Positions 1 to 11,511 of a DNA stretch of 64,000 bases are shown piece after piece. Both the position numbers and the translations under genes were made by a program. The stretch is from Octopus sinensis. Its lineage: Eukaryota. Below the pieces are notes generated by a model, which was not told the origin of the DNA, searched no databases, and worked only from the letters and a program-made list of their open reading frames with translations. Position 1 is the stretch's first letter; every line of letters begins with the position of its first letter. Location: the NCBI RefSeq assembly GCF_006345805.1, contig NC_042999.1, positions 92,566,001-92,630,000 on the forward strand, written 5' to 3'.

Positions 1-148
1 ACCCCAGTACGCAATTGGTACTTAATTTATCGACCCCGAAAGGATTAAAGACGAAGTCGACCTCGGCGCGATTTGAAATCAGAACGTAAAGACAGACGAA
101 ATACCGCTACGCATTTCGCCCGGCGTGCTAACGTTTCTGCCAGTGCAC
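1..148 (-). mobile_element. tRNA-derived SINE, family A (Meta/MESC-like central domain), truncated by window start
   Basis: Reverse complement reads CTGGCAGAAACGTTAGCACGCCGGGCGAAATGCGTAGCGGTATTTCGTCTGTC...GAGGTCGACTTCGTCTTTAATCCTTTCGGGGTCGATAAATTAAGTACC. Near-identical to copies at 25375, 40825 and 52745. Confidence 0.8.
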
Positions 149-149
149 C

Positions 150-535
150 CAGTCCGTAGACTGCAGTCATCCTGGGGCACTGTGATGAAGTATTTTTATC
201 CGGACGAATTGACCCTAGTATTTGTTTTATTTTTTTAAGTCTGGGATATATCCTATCCAACTCTTTTGCCGAACCACTTACCTTACGGCGACATAAACAC
301 TCCAACGCCTTTGGCCAAGGGGTGGTGGGGACAGACACAGACACAGACACAAAGGCACGCGCATGCGCGCACAAAAACACAGGCGCACAGAAACATACAC
401 ATATACACAGACATGCACACATAAACACACACACACAAAGACACACACATATACATACGACGGGTTTCTTTCTGCTCACATCGACCATATCCTCTCACAA
501 AGCTGTGATCAGCCCGAAACTATAGCCCTGGCACA
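150..535 (-). mobile_element. SINE family C, degenerate copy with internal (CA)n
   Basis: Matches the reverse complement of 43073-43435 (GCCGAACC.CTTA..TTACGG, CGGGTTTCTTTC). Confidence 0.5.
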
Positions 536-1899
536 GAGCGTAGAACCATTTGGCTTGGCAGGAAACTTGTCATTGGCCTACACCTGCACCTATTGATAAC
601 GGCCAACGTGACTGCCGGCACGTAAATCGGAAAGCAACTATGGCAGCGAAGACGAAGGCGCTCACGTGCGGACGAACGAGGTGGTTGCGGCGGCATATCG
701 AGAAATCACCGGTCGTGTGGAGTGAAGAGGCACATACCAGTGTCGATGAACATGAAACGAAAAGAGCACGACGAGAACTAATCTTCCATTGAGACATCAT
801 CCGAACTGTAAAAACCCTACACACACACACACCCACCCACACACACACACACACTCACTCACACACACGTGTATATATATATGCGTGTATGTTTGACTCT
901 ATATATGTATGTGATGTATATATATGTGTGTGTGTGTATTTACATACTTATACATATGCACAGGCTCGTGCATGCGCCAATAAATATACGTGTATACGAA
1001 TGTATGTGTGTGTATACGTATATATGTATTTAGAGAAAGACAGAGAAAGAGAGAGACAAAGAAAGAGAGTGGGAAAGAGAATGATAGAGAGGAAGAGAGA
1101 GATAGAGAGGAAGAGAGAAAGGGACAGAATAAGAGGAAGAGAAACGGAGAGAGAAAGAGATTTGTGAGGTTTTAATATCTACTTATTTACTTGTTGAGTA
1201 TTCTGCGTGAGGTTTACACAGGTTTAATAGTTTATGTAGATAAGTCTTTTTTTATTATTTGTAACGAGAATTTCACTGACGGACTTTTATAAAATTAATT
1301 GCTTTGGCCTCCTCCTTCTGTGTCGTTGTCAGTTTTCCTCGCACAGTTCTTGCTGCCTATGCTTCTCTGTGTGCTCAGTAATGAGTCCAGTTAACATTTG
1401 GTATGAAACCTGGAAGATTTCCCATGATTGTTTAGTATTTTTCCTGACATCGTAGGAAGCCCATTGATATTGACATCTTTACTTGTTGACCATCTAATTT
1501 CATTTTCAATAATAAAATCATCCGAACTATTAAGAATAAATATACAAATTTTACGTGTTGTCAATGACTGGCAGAACAGAAAAGCTTCTGTAATCGTACC
1601 ATTAAATTCATAGAGTATGAATGCAAGCAAATTGGCGCAGTTAGAAATATCTGTACTTTCAAATGTTTGTAACTAAAAGTATTCACTCTTGAGTATACTT
1701 TATTGTAACTGATTTTTAACGTTACCATGTGCTGATTTTATGCAGTCTTTGTTGACTTTCTTTCTATTCGTGTAGTAATTGTTCTCTCATATAATAGTTT
1801 CTTATTAATGTTGATGGCGAAGTTTTGTGTGAATATTGTTATATGTGCTTTCAGTTGTTTATATTCTCTACGTATTACTACTGTTTATTTGCGTGGCTT

Positions 1900-2208
1900 T
1901 GTGGAGACGAGTGGCTTAGTTGTTAATGCATTCGACTCACGATGGTGAGTTCGATTTCTGGCAGAGGGTTGTGACATTTAACTAAGACACTTTATTTATT
2001 TTACATTGCTCCAATCCACTCATCTGGCAAAATTGAGTATACCTGTATTTCAAAGGGCGGACCTTGTCATATTTTATGTCACGCTGAGAACTACGTTAGG
2101 CGAACGCGTGTCTGTGGAGAGCTGAGCTACTTGCACGTTAATTTCTCGAGCAAACTGTTTCATTGGTCGCATGAACTGGGACACTCGTTGTCGTAACCGA
2201 TAGAGTGC
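1900..2208 (+). mobile_element. tRNA-derived SINE, family B (CORE-like)
   Basis: A-box-like GTGGCTTAGTTG and B-box GAGTTCGATTTC. Body and 3' tail (CACGTTAATTTC.CGAGCAA...CTCGTTGTCGTAACCGA) match 10692-11014. Confidence 0.8.
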
Positions 2209-2329
2209 TAGTACTGCTGTACGTGTAAATTCATTTCAGTTTTATTGTTATTGCATCGGTTGTGCTCCATACTTCTCAAAAGAAGAAAAATAAATTTCGA
2301 AGTAGAACTATCGATTGACGGTCTGGACC

Positions 2330-2744
2330 TGGGAGACGAATTCGCGATACATGATACCACATTTCCAGGTGTGACGCTCTTGGCACGTCTTCCAGAACAA
2401 TCATCGTCTTCCAAGGACGTTCTTCCATTTTTGAAGCACCCTTGCCACTCGAAGCATTGCACACGACCCATTGCCTTGTGGGCGTAAGCTTGTTCAAAAA
2501 TCTAAGCAAGCTCAAAATATCTGTCCCAGACTAAGTTTAACGCAAAATTTCACGTTGGCTCTTTGTTTCGAAGACTGCAGTATACACTTGATCACAAAAA
2601 CATAAATTTCACACCTTTCTTGCAAAGCAAACACACCGATTTCACTGGGAACAGTGCCTCATGAAGGTAACTGCTACCTCTCATTGCTGCCATCTGTTGG
2701 CGCGCTACAGAACTAGATCGAGAACTTTTTGATACCACCTCGTA
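2330..2744 (-). mobile_element. Mariner transposon 5' fragment
   Basis: Terminus TACGAGGTGGTATCAAAAAGTTC on the - strand. ORF remnant FEWQGCFKNGRTSLEDDDCSGR matches the mariner N-terminal HTH (W..RFK.GR.S.EDD.RSGRP). Same family as 9615-9920. Confidence 0.8.
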
Positions 2745-3680
2745 TATTGATACAGTAGACAACGCTCAGAACAATTGCGAAGGTATTGGAATCAATGAGT
2801 TTAAACCATACCATGTTCGAACGAGGAGATTAGGACCACAGTAGCCAACCAGATAGAGAAAGAAGAGGTGAAAATCTATTCCATGGAGTTGGAATAATGT
2901 TATCAACAACGACAGTGTACTGTGTGGGAGCTTTTGTGGGTTGGGCCAAATGGAGGATTGAAATAGTGTTCATCATGGTATCTAGTCAGGATAAGTTTTC
3001 TAATTCATTCCGTCTACGACATGCTTCCAATTGGAAAACAGAGGAGAGAAGTCTGTGCAAACGTGGAAATGTTAGAACGATGAAGCACTTACTCTCCAGT
3101 TGCTTACTATGTTGGGAGCACTGAAGCACGCCATAACTAAGTGCTGATCAGTGGTGGAGAGGGTGAAGTGAAATAACAAAGGAGAAAGACTACAAGTATT
3201 GAAAAAAAGAAAAAATAAAGTTTGCAGGGAAGGGGAACGCTGCAAGCCACAAACCGCAAGAAAGAAGAATGATCATGCATGGAAGGGCACGTTGATGCTC
3301 TGTGATGTCCTTGATAGTAAATATCACTTTGCTGTTTCTGCTAACAAAGGGCCCGATCTTATCATAAGGTACAAGAAATGAAAGGTGATGAAAATGGTAG
3401 AAAGATTGTTCTTAGGAAGAACATTGAAAGTGCTTTCTTCAGGAAAGGCACAGAATACAGTGAGTTGATTGAACTCTGTGAAGATAATCGACGTGGAGGC
3501 GTAGGGCGGGGGGAAATATCCATTCTTTTAGACGTAGGAATTACAGGATATGTAGGAGAGAAAGATAGGAACGGTGTTGCCAGAACATTGTCATTAACCG
3601 CTGAAGGAAGTAATTAAATGTTGATCAAGAGAGAAGATGAGTGGCAAGGCAACAACGAGTATTGAGGAAGATAAAAAACA
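2745..3680 (+). pseudogene. HERO-like RLE non-LTR retrotransposon 3' remnant
   Basis: Broken frames give TMKHLLSSC..RHN.VL (CCHC region), GPDLII and NIESAFFRKGTEYSELIELC...LDVGITGYVG, matching the HERO-type restriction-like endonuclease pattern. Confidence 0.55.
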
Positions 3681-4816
3681 TCTGACCCGGGGCCATGACA
3701 TCTTACGTGTGTTGATTCACGAGTGTTTTGTCATCTCAATCGTTGGGTGCCCCGGGGATCTCTGTTGTTCCGGTGGAAAAGGCTGAAACACGTATATAGG
3801 TGGTCTACCGCCAAATAAAGCACCAACTCCTGCATTCAGAGGCGTAGTTCAGCAGCACACTCAGCACCCAGGTGCTTAACCTAAATATATATGTATATAA
3901 GTAATATACTAACCCCAATGTTTCCCTTTAGCTGCCAAAAGTTTTATGCAGACTGCTATACATTAACGCTGATGAGCAAATGGTTCACAGTAACATTGAC
4001 GTTTAATGTTGCTTCCCTTCATCAGACTGTCTATTTTACATTTCTTCTTCAACAGATATTCAGAATTTAAACGTATAACATGACGATCAAGAGAAAACAT
4101 CGAAGTCACTTTCAAACTTTTCATTGTAAAAGTTAATATGTGAGCGTGCGCGTGTACGTGTACACACACATAAACACAAAGACGCACATACTCACACACA
4201 AACACATTCGCACACACATATCTTTATATATGTCTATATGTGTATAAATATAATACTTCTTTCTCCACTTTTTATATATATGCTCCCTTTTTTCCTTTTC
4301 TATTTTTTATACACCCCATTTTTAATTCGTTACCCCATGTGGGTAATATCTGATGACTCTGTTGGGATACCAGGCATAAAGCAATGTGTGGTATGTTCTC
4401 AGCACATGAAACTAATAGTAGGACATAAAAACATATATTGTGTTTATTAAATAATATTTATCTCTCACCAGATGGATCACTTCTTTGTTGATTCTACCAT
4501 CACGGAATATTACACTAAGCGTATATGTGTGTGTTTGTGTGTGTGTATTTGTGTGTGACTATATGTATATATATATATATATATAATAAAGATATTTCCA
4601 TAAGGGTAGAAATACAGAAGAAAAGAATTTGAAATTGACTGAGATTCCTTTAGATGTTTTATTTAAAAGTTTTTAAAGACTTAAAACATAGCTCCGCGTC
4701 TTTCTCTCTCAACTTTCAAAAATCAGAAAAATCTGTGAAACTGGATAATCTTCAAAAATTTTAAAATACAAAATCTAAACGAATCACAGCGCATCCTGTT
4801 GTTCTTTTTCTTCTCA

Positions 4817-4859
<43 letters not shown>

Positions 4860-5058
4860 GAGCGTATGTATGTATAAATGCACACGCACACATATATCTC
4901 AAACTGAATATACAAAAATATCCTTGTATACCATAAGTTTATATATTTATAAATATATAAGCATATGTGTGTATATGTATGTGTATGTATACATATACAC
5001 AAAAAAACATATATATGCATACATGTATATATATGTTTGTGTGTGTGTGTATATACAT

Positions 5059-5089
<31 letters not shown>

Positions 5090-5671
5090 GTTCAAATTTG
5101 CAGAAAACAAAATCTACGTGTGTATATGTATATATATATATGAGTGTTTGCGTGTGTGTATATACACATATATTTATTCATGTATATGCAAATATATTTA
5201 ACTATATCTATTGAATTAAAACATTGAATGTTATAATAGATATAACAGAATCATATTGGTATATGAGCGCTAATTCAAGTTCAGTGTTTGATATCTTAAA
5301 GATAAGGCTAATTAAAATGTGTTGAAGAAGCTTCTAAATATACTGGCAACAACATAATATATAACTACAGATATTAAAATACGTATCTTAGACTTTTGAT
5401 CCTAAAGTTAAATGTGTTACATGCACAATTATCAATGGATAATGAGAACCCTAGTATAATAGTACATATCTAATTTATTGTAGCGCATATTTGTCTTTGC
5501 ATCATAATACAAAGAAGCGAAAGTGTTAAATGTTTATATTCTGAATATATGTTAATGAAGAAATGTAAATATTAACATTAAAAATCTCACACTTCACGAA
5601 TATGCTGTTAGATACCAAAATCAATAAACTAATCAATCAATTAATCAATCAATGAATGAATGAATCAATCA

Positions 5672-5672
5672 G

Positions 5673-5749
<77 letters not shown>

Positions 5750-5836
5750 TTATCTATCTATATATATATATATATCTACATCTTTCTATATACATGCATA
5801 TACATACATGCATATATATACATGTATATATATATA

Positions 5837-5883
<47 letters not shown>

Positions 5884-5895
5884 ATATATATAATA
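5672..5895. repeat. (TCTA)n then (TA)n microsatellite
   Basis: Directly visible. Confidence 0.95.
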
Positions 5896-6398
5896 TGATA
5901 ACCTTAATGTCACAATATATCTACACGCACAACGCATACATACAAATATATGATTAACATACTTTGAACAATAATCATCCAACCATTTAATGACTTTCCG
6001 GGATTAAATCTAACATTTTATTGAAATTTATAAACAAGACATTTCTGAATTGATTTGCCATCAAAACAACCAACTAGAAATCGTTTGTTGTTTTTCTCAT
6101 TCTTCAATGAACAGTTCGCATTTCCTTATATATAGTCACCTTATTTTGTACAAAAACTGCTAGTTCCCTCTGAACAAAATTTCCGCACAAAATACTTTAA
6201 AATATACAGAAAACCTCATTTATCCTTTGTTTATAAACATATCATACAGACACACAAATATATACTTATAGACTCAAAACTACAAATAGGTACCCAAGCA
6301 TCTTAACCGGCCATACACAAACATTATTTGTCCAACATGTGGATTGTTGGCGATTTTTTCCTCCGTCTTTCTTTTCTTTCGAACTTTTCCCTGTCTCC

Positions 6399-6435
6399 TG
6401 TTTCTGAAGAAAAGCTGTGCTCGAAAAGTAAAACA
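6399..6435 (+). ncRNA. Minimal type-I hammerhead ribozyme-like motif in a Penelope-like terminal repeat remnant
   Basis: TGTTT-CTGAAGA-A-AAGC tgt GCTC-GAAA-AGTA-AAACA: stem I, CUGANGA core, stem II, GAAA. The flanks are homologous to 45040-45175. Confidence 0.55.
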
Positions 6436-6490
6436 ACCTTTCTTTCTTTCCCTCAGCGTCTGTTAATCTCTCTCTCTCTCTCTCTGTATA

Positions 6491-6552
<62 letters not shown>

Positions 6553-6553
6553 A

Positions 6554-6645
<92 letters not shown>

Positions 6646-6729
6646 GTATACATACATATATATATATGTATATATATATATATGTGTGTATATGTGTATA
6701 TGTATTTTATATGTACACACACACACACG

Positions 6730-6763
<34 letters not shown>

Positions 6764-6822
6764 CAAATGGGTACCCAAATTATACCGAAAGCTTTTGTGT
6801 GTGTGGGGGACAAGTCCATTCT

Positions 6823-7021
6823 AAAGTGATAGTATGTTGTCAACTTAATGCGACAGTCCCATGAAAGGGAAGAATGCTATTGTTATTTATCCCAAGGAAA
6901 CACCGTTTCCTGTTGGACCTGGCACATTTCCCGTGTCATGTTTTCAAAGTGGAGACAAGGGAAGTAGCATTCTTCCCCTTCATGGGACTGTCACATTAAG
7001 TTGATAATATACTATCACTTT
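6823..7021. repeat. Inverted repeat (hairpin), ~58-bp arms and ~83-bp loop
   Basis: AAAGTGATAGTATGTTGTCAACTTAATGCGACAGTCCCATGAAAGGGAAGAATGCTA versus the reverse complement of 6964-7021, with few mismatches. Confidence 0.9.
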
Positions 7022-7059
7022 ATCGTGTTGCTACTGCATAAACCTCTCTGAGAGATTTA

Positions 7060-7240
7060 GAAATGTATTATTTCTAAGTCCACTGTAGTTCAGGCTTCCG
7101 CCATTAGAAGCCACCGGCATCTTTAAGAGGGAAAAGATAGAAGGAAAATTCAGGATCTTCCCCTGAACGACCCAAACACCCTAAAGACAATGGAACTATA
7201 TTTGATAAAGAAGTACTCACCAAAATTAAACGGTTGATTT
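7060..7240 (+). pseudogene. Penelope-like GIY-YIG C-terminal remnant
   Basis: Translates across a frameshift to KFRIFP..DPNTLKTMELYLIKKYSPKLN, matching the E...I....P.LN end of GIY-YIG domains. Confidence 0.45.
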
Positions 7241-7390
7241 GGAAATACCTGAATAAGGAAAATTCAAGGAACGGAGATCATATTTATGATTTAAAAATAA
7301 AAAAATTTCAGATCATATTTATAATTGAGAAATACTTTCCCACACTCAAACTTTTTCAGACTGCACTTAAAATCATATCTATACTTAATT

Positions 7391-7552
<162 letters not shown>

Positions 7553-7690
7553 AAAAACGATTAGAGATCTATACAAATCAAATTTTTATATATAAAAGAT
7601 AAAGGTGAAAATAGTAAAAAAGTAAATCTAAGACATCTCAATTGAAGAAGGAATTTGATAAAAATGATTTTAAAACTTATATAAAATAAA

Positions 7691-7733
7691 ATATTACCGG
7701 TTTCGATGATGTATCTCATCTTATCAAATATCA
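7691..7733 (-). ncRNA. Degenerate minimal hammerhead-like motif
   Basis: Reverse complement ATAT-TTGATAA-GATGA gataca TCATC-GAAA-CCGGTA-ATAT. Stem II is perfect and the core has 2 substitutions. Confidence 0.4.
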
Positions 7734-8219
7734 GTAAAAAGTTATAAAAAATTGAAGTAAAAAGAGTTTATCGCGGGGTCAAGATAATGTCCGGAGAATT
7801 TTCGCTGGTCTTCCTTAAATATAGTTTGGTATAGAGAAGAGGTGTAGTTGTCTATTGTCTAAAAGAAATCTCTGTGTGTTCTTGCCAAGGGACTGGTTAA
7901 AAAGCATTATTGAATGGGTTTTATGTCCACCTGTGTGTGTGATTGTGTATGCTGTGTGTGTTTGTGTGTGTGTTTGTATATCGTGTTGAATGTCCTTTCA
8001 ATAAGTTTGGAATGTGACCAGCTGTGTGTTGATGGGTGTGTATATTGTGATGAATGCTTTGTTGAAGAAAGAATTAGCATTTTCCTTTAGGTTAGATAAT
8101 TAAGGCCCACCGCCTAAAAATAGTATTGATTTCAAATATAAATTATAATATTTCAAATATAAGTTATAATATTAAAAATAAGTATTTCGATTTCTGACTT
8201 TCGTCTTTCATTGCAATTT

Positions 8220-8435
8220 ACGTGGGAGTACTGAAAAGTTCCTGGGTTGAAGGGTATCAGGAATAGCATTGTCGAAGACCCGAATTTCAAAGTTCTTTGA
8301 TAGGGCTTGGAATAACTGAAAGACCGCTGCAATAGGTGTGTGAAGTTGAAAGGAATATGTTGAATGAAATCACAATTAACTGATCCTCCTATATTTTCTT
8401 TTATCCAAAGCCAGGATCTTTTCAGCACCCTTCAA
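8220..8435 (+). mobile_element. Mariner-derived MITE (~210 bp)
   Basis: Imperfect TIRs GTACTGAAAAGTTCCTGG / CCAGGATCTTTTCAGCAC. The interior retains the transposase C-terminus RCVKLKG.YVE*. Confidence 0.65.
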
Positions 8436-8502
8436 ATATATATTGTATACATCTGTGTGCGTGCGCGTGTGTGAGTGTGCGTGGCTGTATATATATATAT
8501 AT

Positions 8503-8550
<48 letters not shown>

Positions 8551-8584
8551 TGCATTTGGCTTGCAAGATTCTTTATGTGAATTC

Positions 8585-8893
8585 GTGTGTTGAAGCATTT
8601 TTTATTGTGCCTTATTATTTAATATACTTACCAGTTCGATTTCCACTCATTTAGCTATTTATTTATAAAAATTAAAAATTAAAATTTTAACTTTTTCTAA
8701 AATCATCGTTGCGCCCTGCAACTTTTCAATAGTCGTTGGCTCTGTCCGTTATCCGGCCAGAATAAACGACTATTGAAAGGGTTGCAAGATGCAACGAAAT
8801 TTTAGAGAACATAAATAACTTAATGAGTGGAAATAGAACCGGTGAGTGTGTTAAATAATAAAGCACTAAAAGAGAATGACTCAACCCAGACAC
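8585..8893. repeat. Palindromic (fold-back) repeat element; a single arm recurs at ~30240-30372
   Basis: TGCAACTTTTCAATAGTCGTT / AACGACTATTGAAAGGGTTGCA, TTTCCACTCATT / AATGAGTGGAAA and GTGCCTTATTATTTAA / TTAAATAATAAAGCAC pair symmetrically. Confidence 0.8.
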
Positions 8894-8897
8894 AATA

Positions 8898-8930
<33 letters not shown>

Positions 8931-8954
8931 TATATACATGCATATATACTTGTG

Positions 8955-9026
<72 letters not shown>

Positions 9027-9614
9027 ATATACATACACACACATACACACACACACACATACACACACATATATATATATATATGTATATATACAAGCAC
9101 ACAAACAGAAGTATATATTCATAATGTTTTGCATTTTTTTAGCAAGAATACTTGCAAAATGCTTAATTCACCTAATTATACATTTACTTAGAAGCTAAAT
9201 CAAAATGTATGTTTGTGTGTGTGTTTGTGTATGCACATGCGAACAAATACACACACACGAAATTAGATCGAGCTGACCAAAACTCAGGAAAGTATCATAC
9301 GCCTGTGATATTCAATATTCCTTCTGTTAGCGAATTGACGTCATAGAATAATTGAATAGAATTGTTTTAATACTTTCATGGATTTTTTTCAGTGGCTTTC
9401 GATGAGAGACAAAAATAGATTCTAAGAGTTCTACAGACATAAGGCACAACATGGCTAGTGCCGAATAGCTAAGTTACGATTATGTAACGAGACTAAGACC
9501 GTTTGTCGAATGGTGGTGGTGGTGGTGGGCAAGCAACACAAACACAAAGACACACACACATACTTACATACGTACATACACATATCTTACGTACATATAT
9601 ACATATATATGATA

Positions 9615-9918
9615 TACGAGTGGTACCAAGAAGTTCCCGGACTAGTTCTGTAGCGTGCCAACAAATGACAGCACACGATAGCATACGCAGTGAGAGGTAA
9701 CGATGACCTTCATGACGTAGTGTGCCGAGTGACATCGGTGTGTTTACTTCCGCAAGTTGTGAAATTTGTGTTTTGGGGGATCCCATTAATGGTGTAGTTT
9801 GCGATTCTGTCATGGACAAAACAAAGAGCCAACGTGAAATTTTGCGATAAACTTCCAAAAGTGGTAGAAAACTGGGACCGGTGCATTGCTGCGTAAGATG
9901 ACTATTTCGAGGGAGACG

Positions 9919-9920
<2 letters not shown>
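9615..9920 (+). mobile_element. Internally deleted mariner (same family as 2330-2744)
   Basis: TACGAGTGGTACCAAGAAGTTC terminus and shared 5' UTR. The transposase start (CAAAGAGCCAACGTGAAATTTTGC) is fused directly to its end (WDRCIAA.DDYFEGD). Confidence 0.75.
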
Positions 9921-9951
<31 letters not shown>

Positions 9952-10025
9952 TGTATGTATGTATGTATGTATGTATATGTACATATACAGATGAGCACAT
10001 ACACACATATATCTAATTGTTTGTA

Positions 10026-10100
<75 letters not shown>

Positions 10101-10691
10101 GCAGATGCACGCACACACACATATATCTAATTGCTTGTATGCATATACATATATATATATATATATATAATGCGTTGAGATGTGTTCTATTAAGACCGTA
10201 TTAGAGTACAAATAGAGCTCGTTCACCCTTAGAATTTCCAAATAGCCGATAGTATTATTATGGTATGCTACCAATTCTAGTCTTAGGTATTCCTCGTGTG
10301 TGAAAATAAAAAAGTAAAAAGTAAAACAGTGAAAAGGAAGAGGAAGAACGGTTAGGCAGCTTTTTAATAATCACTACAAATGTTTCAATACATATGGATC
10401 CACGTATATACAGGATTTAAATATAAATTTAAACTTACATTAAATTATGTAACGATTTACCTGTATAAGAAGATCCATATATATTTCCTCATGCGAGTAA
10501 ATCTAGATTTCCATGGTACCACATCCATGGATGTTTTAGCATGGTGATGTAGTGATACTATAACGGCGCGCGCTCGCGCACCGTCCATTTGTATTTCGCG
10601 CGTGTTGGTGCCTTTACCAAGGCAGAGAGAAGAAGGGCCCTCTCGCGCATGCGCGAACCACCGGAAGCACGACCCTTTTGCTACGTGGTAG

Positions 10692-11014
10692 AAGACTCCG
10701 CCGGTTACGACGACGAGGGTCCCAGCTGATACGATCAACGGAACAGCTTGCTCGTGAAATTAACGTGCAAATGGCTGAGCATTCCACAGACACGTGTACC
10801 CTTAACGTAGTTCTCGGGGATAATCAGCGTGACACAGAGAGTGACAAGGCTGACCCTTTGAAATACAAGTACAACTCATTTTTGCCAGCTGAGTGGACTG
10901 GAGCAACGTGAAATAAAGTGTCTTGCTCAAGGACACAACGCGTCGCCGGGAATCGAACTCACAACCTTACGATCATGAGCCGAAGGCCCTAACCACTAAG
11001 CCACGCGCCCTCAC
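10692..11014 (-). mobile_element. SINE family B, full length, inserted in the 5' LTR
   Basis: 12-bp TSD GCTACGTGGTAG (10680-91, 11015-26); the empty site is present once in LTR2. tRNA head has A box GTGGCTTAGTGG and B box GAGTTCGATTCC, followed by CORE-like TGTGTCCTTGAGCAAGACACTT. Confidence 0.92.
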
Positions 11015-11491
11015 GCTACGTGGTAGTTAGCCAAGGAAAGGGGGTCGTAGAACGTTTGACCACTAGCAGCAGTCAGCGGGGACTTTGAGACATGGCTATC
11101 GAAGGCAACGGTCACGTATATTCTCTCTCCGTCAGGACTTGATTCTAGCAGCAGTCGGCCGAATGCCTTTAACCAAATTGTTGCCGACCACATTCAACTT
11201 CCCTGTTCGACGCCATCTTGAACCCGTTCTGGTTTTAGCGGCTGAATATTGTAAATATTACAATCGATTAACTTTCAGCCTTGCGCGCCCCGAACCAAGG
11301 ACATCAGATAACACACTTATTGTTATTGTTACCAAGAAAGAGAATAAAGTAGTATATATATATTTTACGTCTGCGTCTTGTTGTTTCTGACTGGTAGAAT
11401 TCTGGATTATTAAAGCAACGGCTAGTGATTGCTTTCTTGTACCCCGAAAGTACAAGAGAAGATATTCATTCTCACGTTAAGCTCGTTACTG

Positions 11492-11511
11492 TGGTGACCC
11501 CCCGACGTGAT
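11492..11511 (+). promoter_or_regulatory. Primer-binding site (tRNA-Trp)
   Basis: TGGTGACCCCCCGACGTGAT immediately after LTR1. Canonical form is TGGTGACCCCGACGTGAT, so there are two extra Cs. Confidence 0.8.

Noticed and set aside
539-821. Solo-LTR-like GC-rich segment ending CTACA
   Set aside because: No clear TG start, TSD or second copy in the window.
10940-11014. tRNA gene
   Set aside because: A and B boxes are present, but the sequence continues into a SINE body with a TSD. It is a SINE head.
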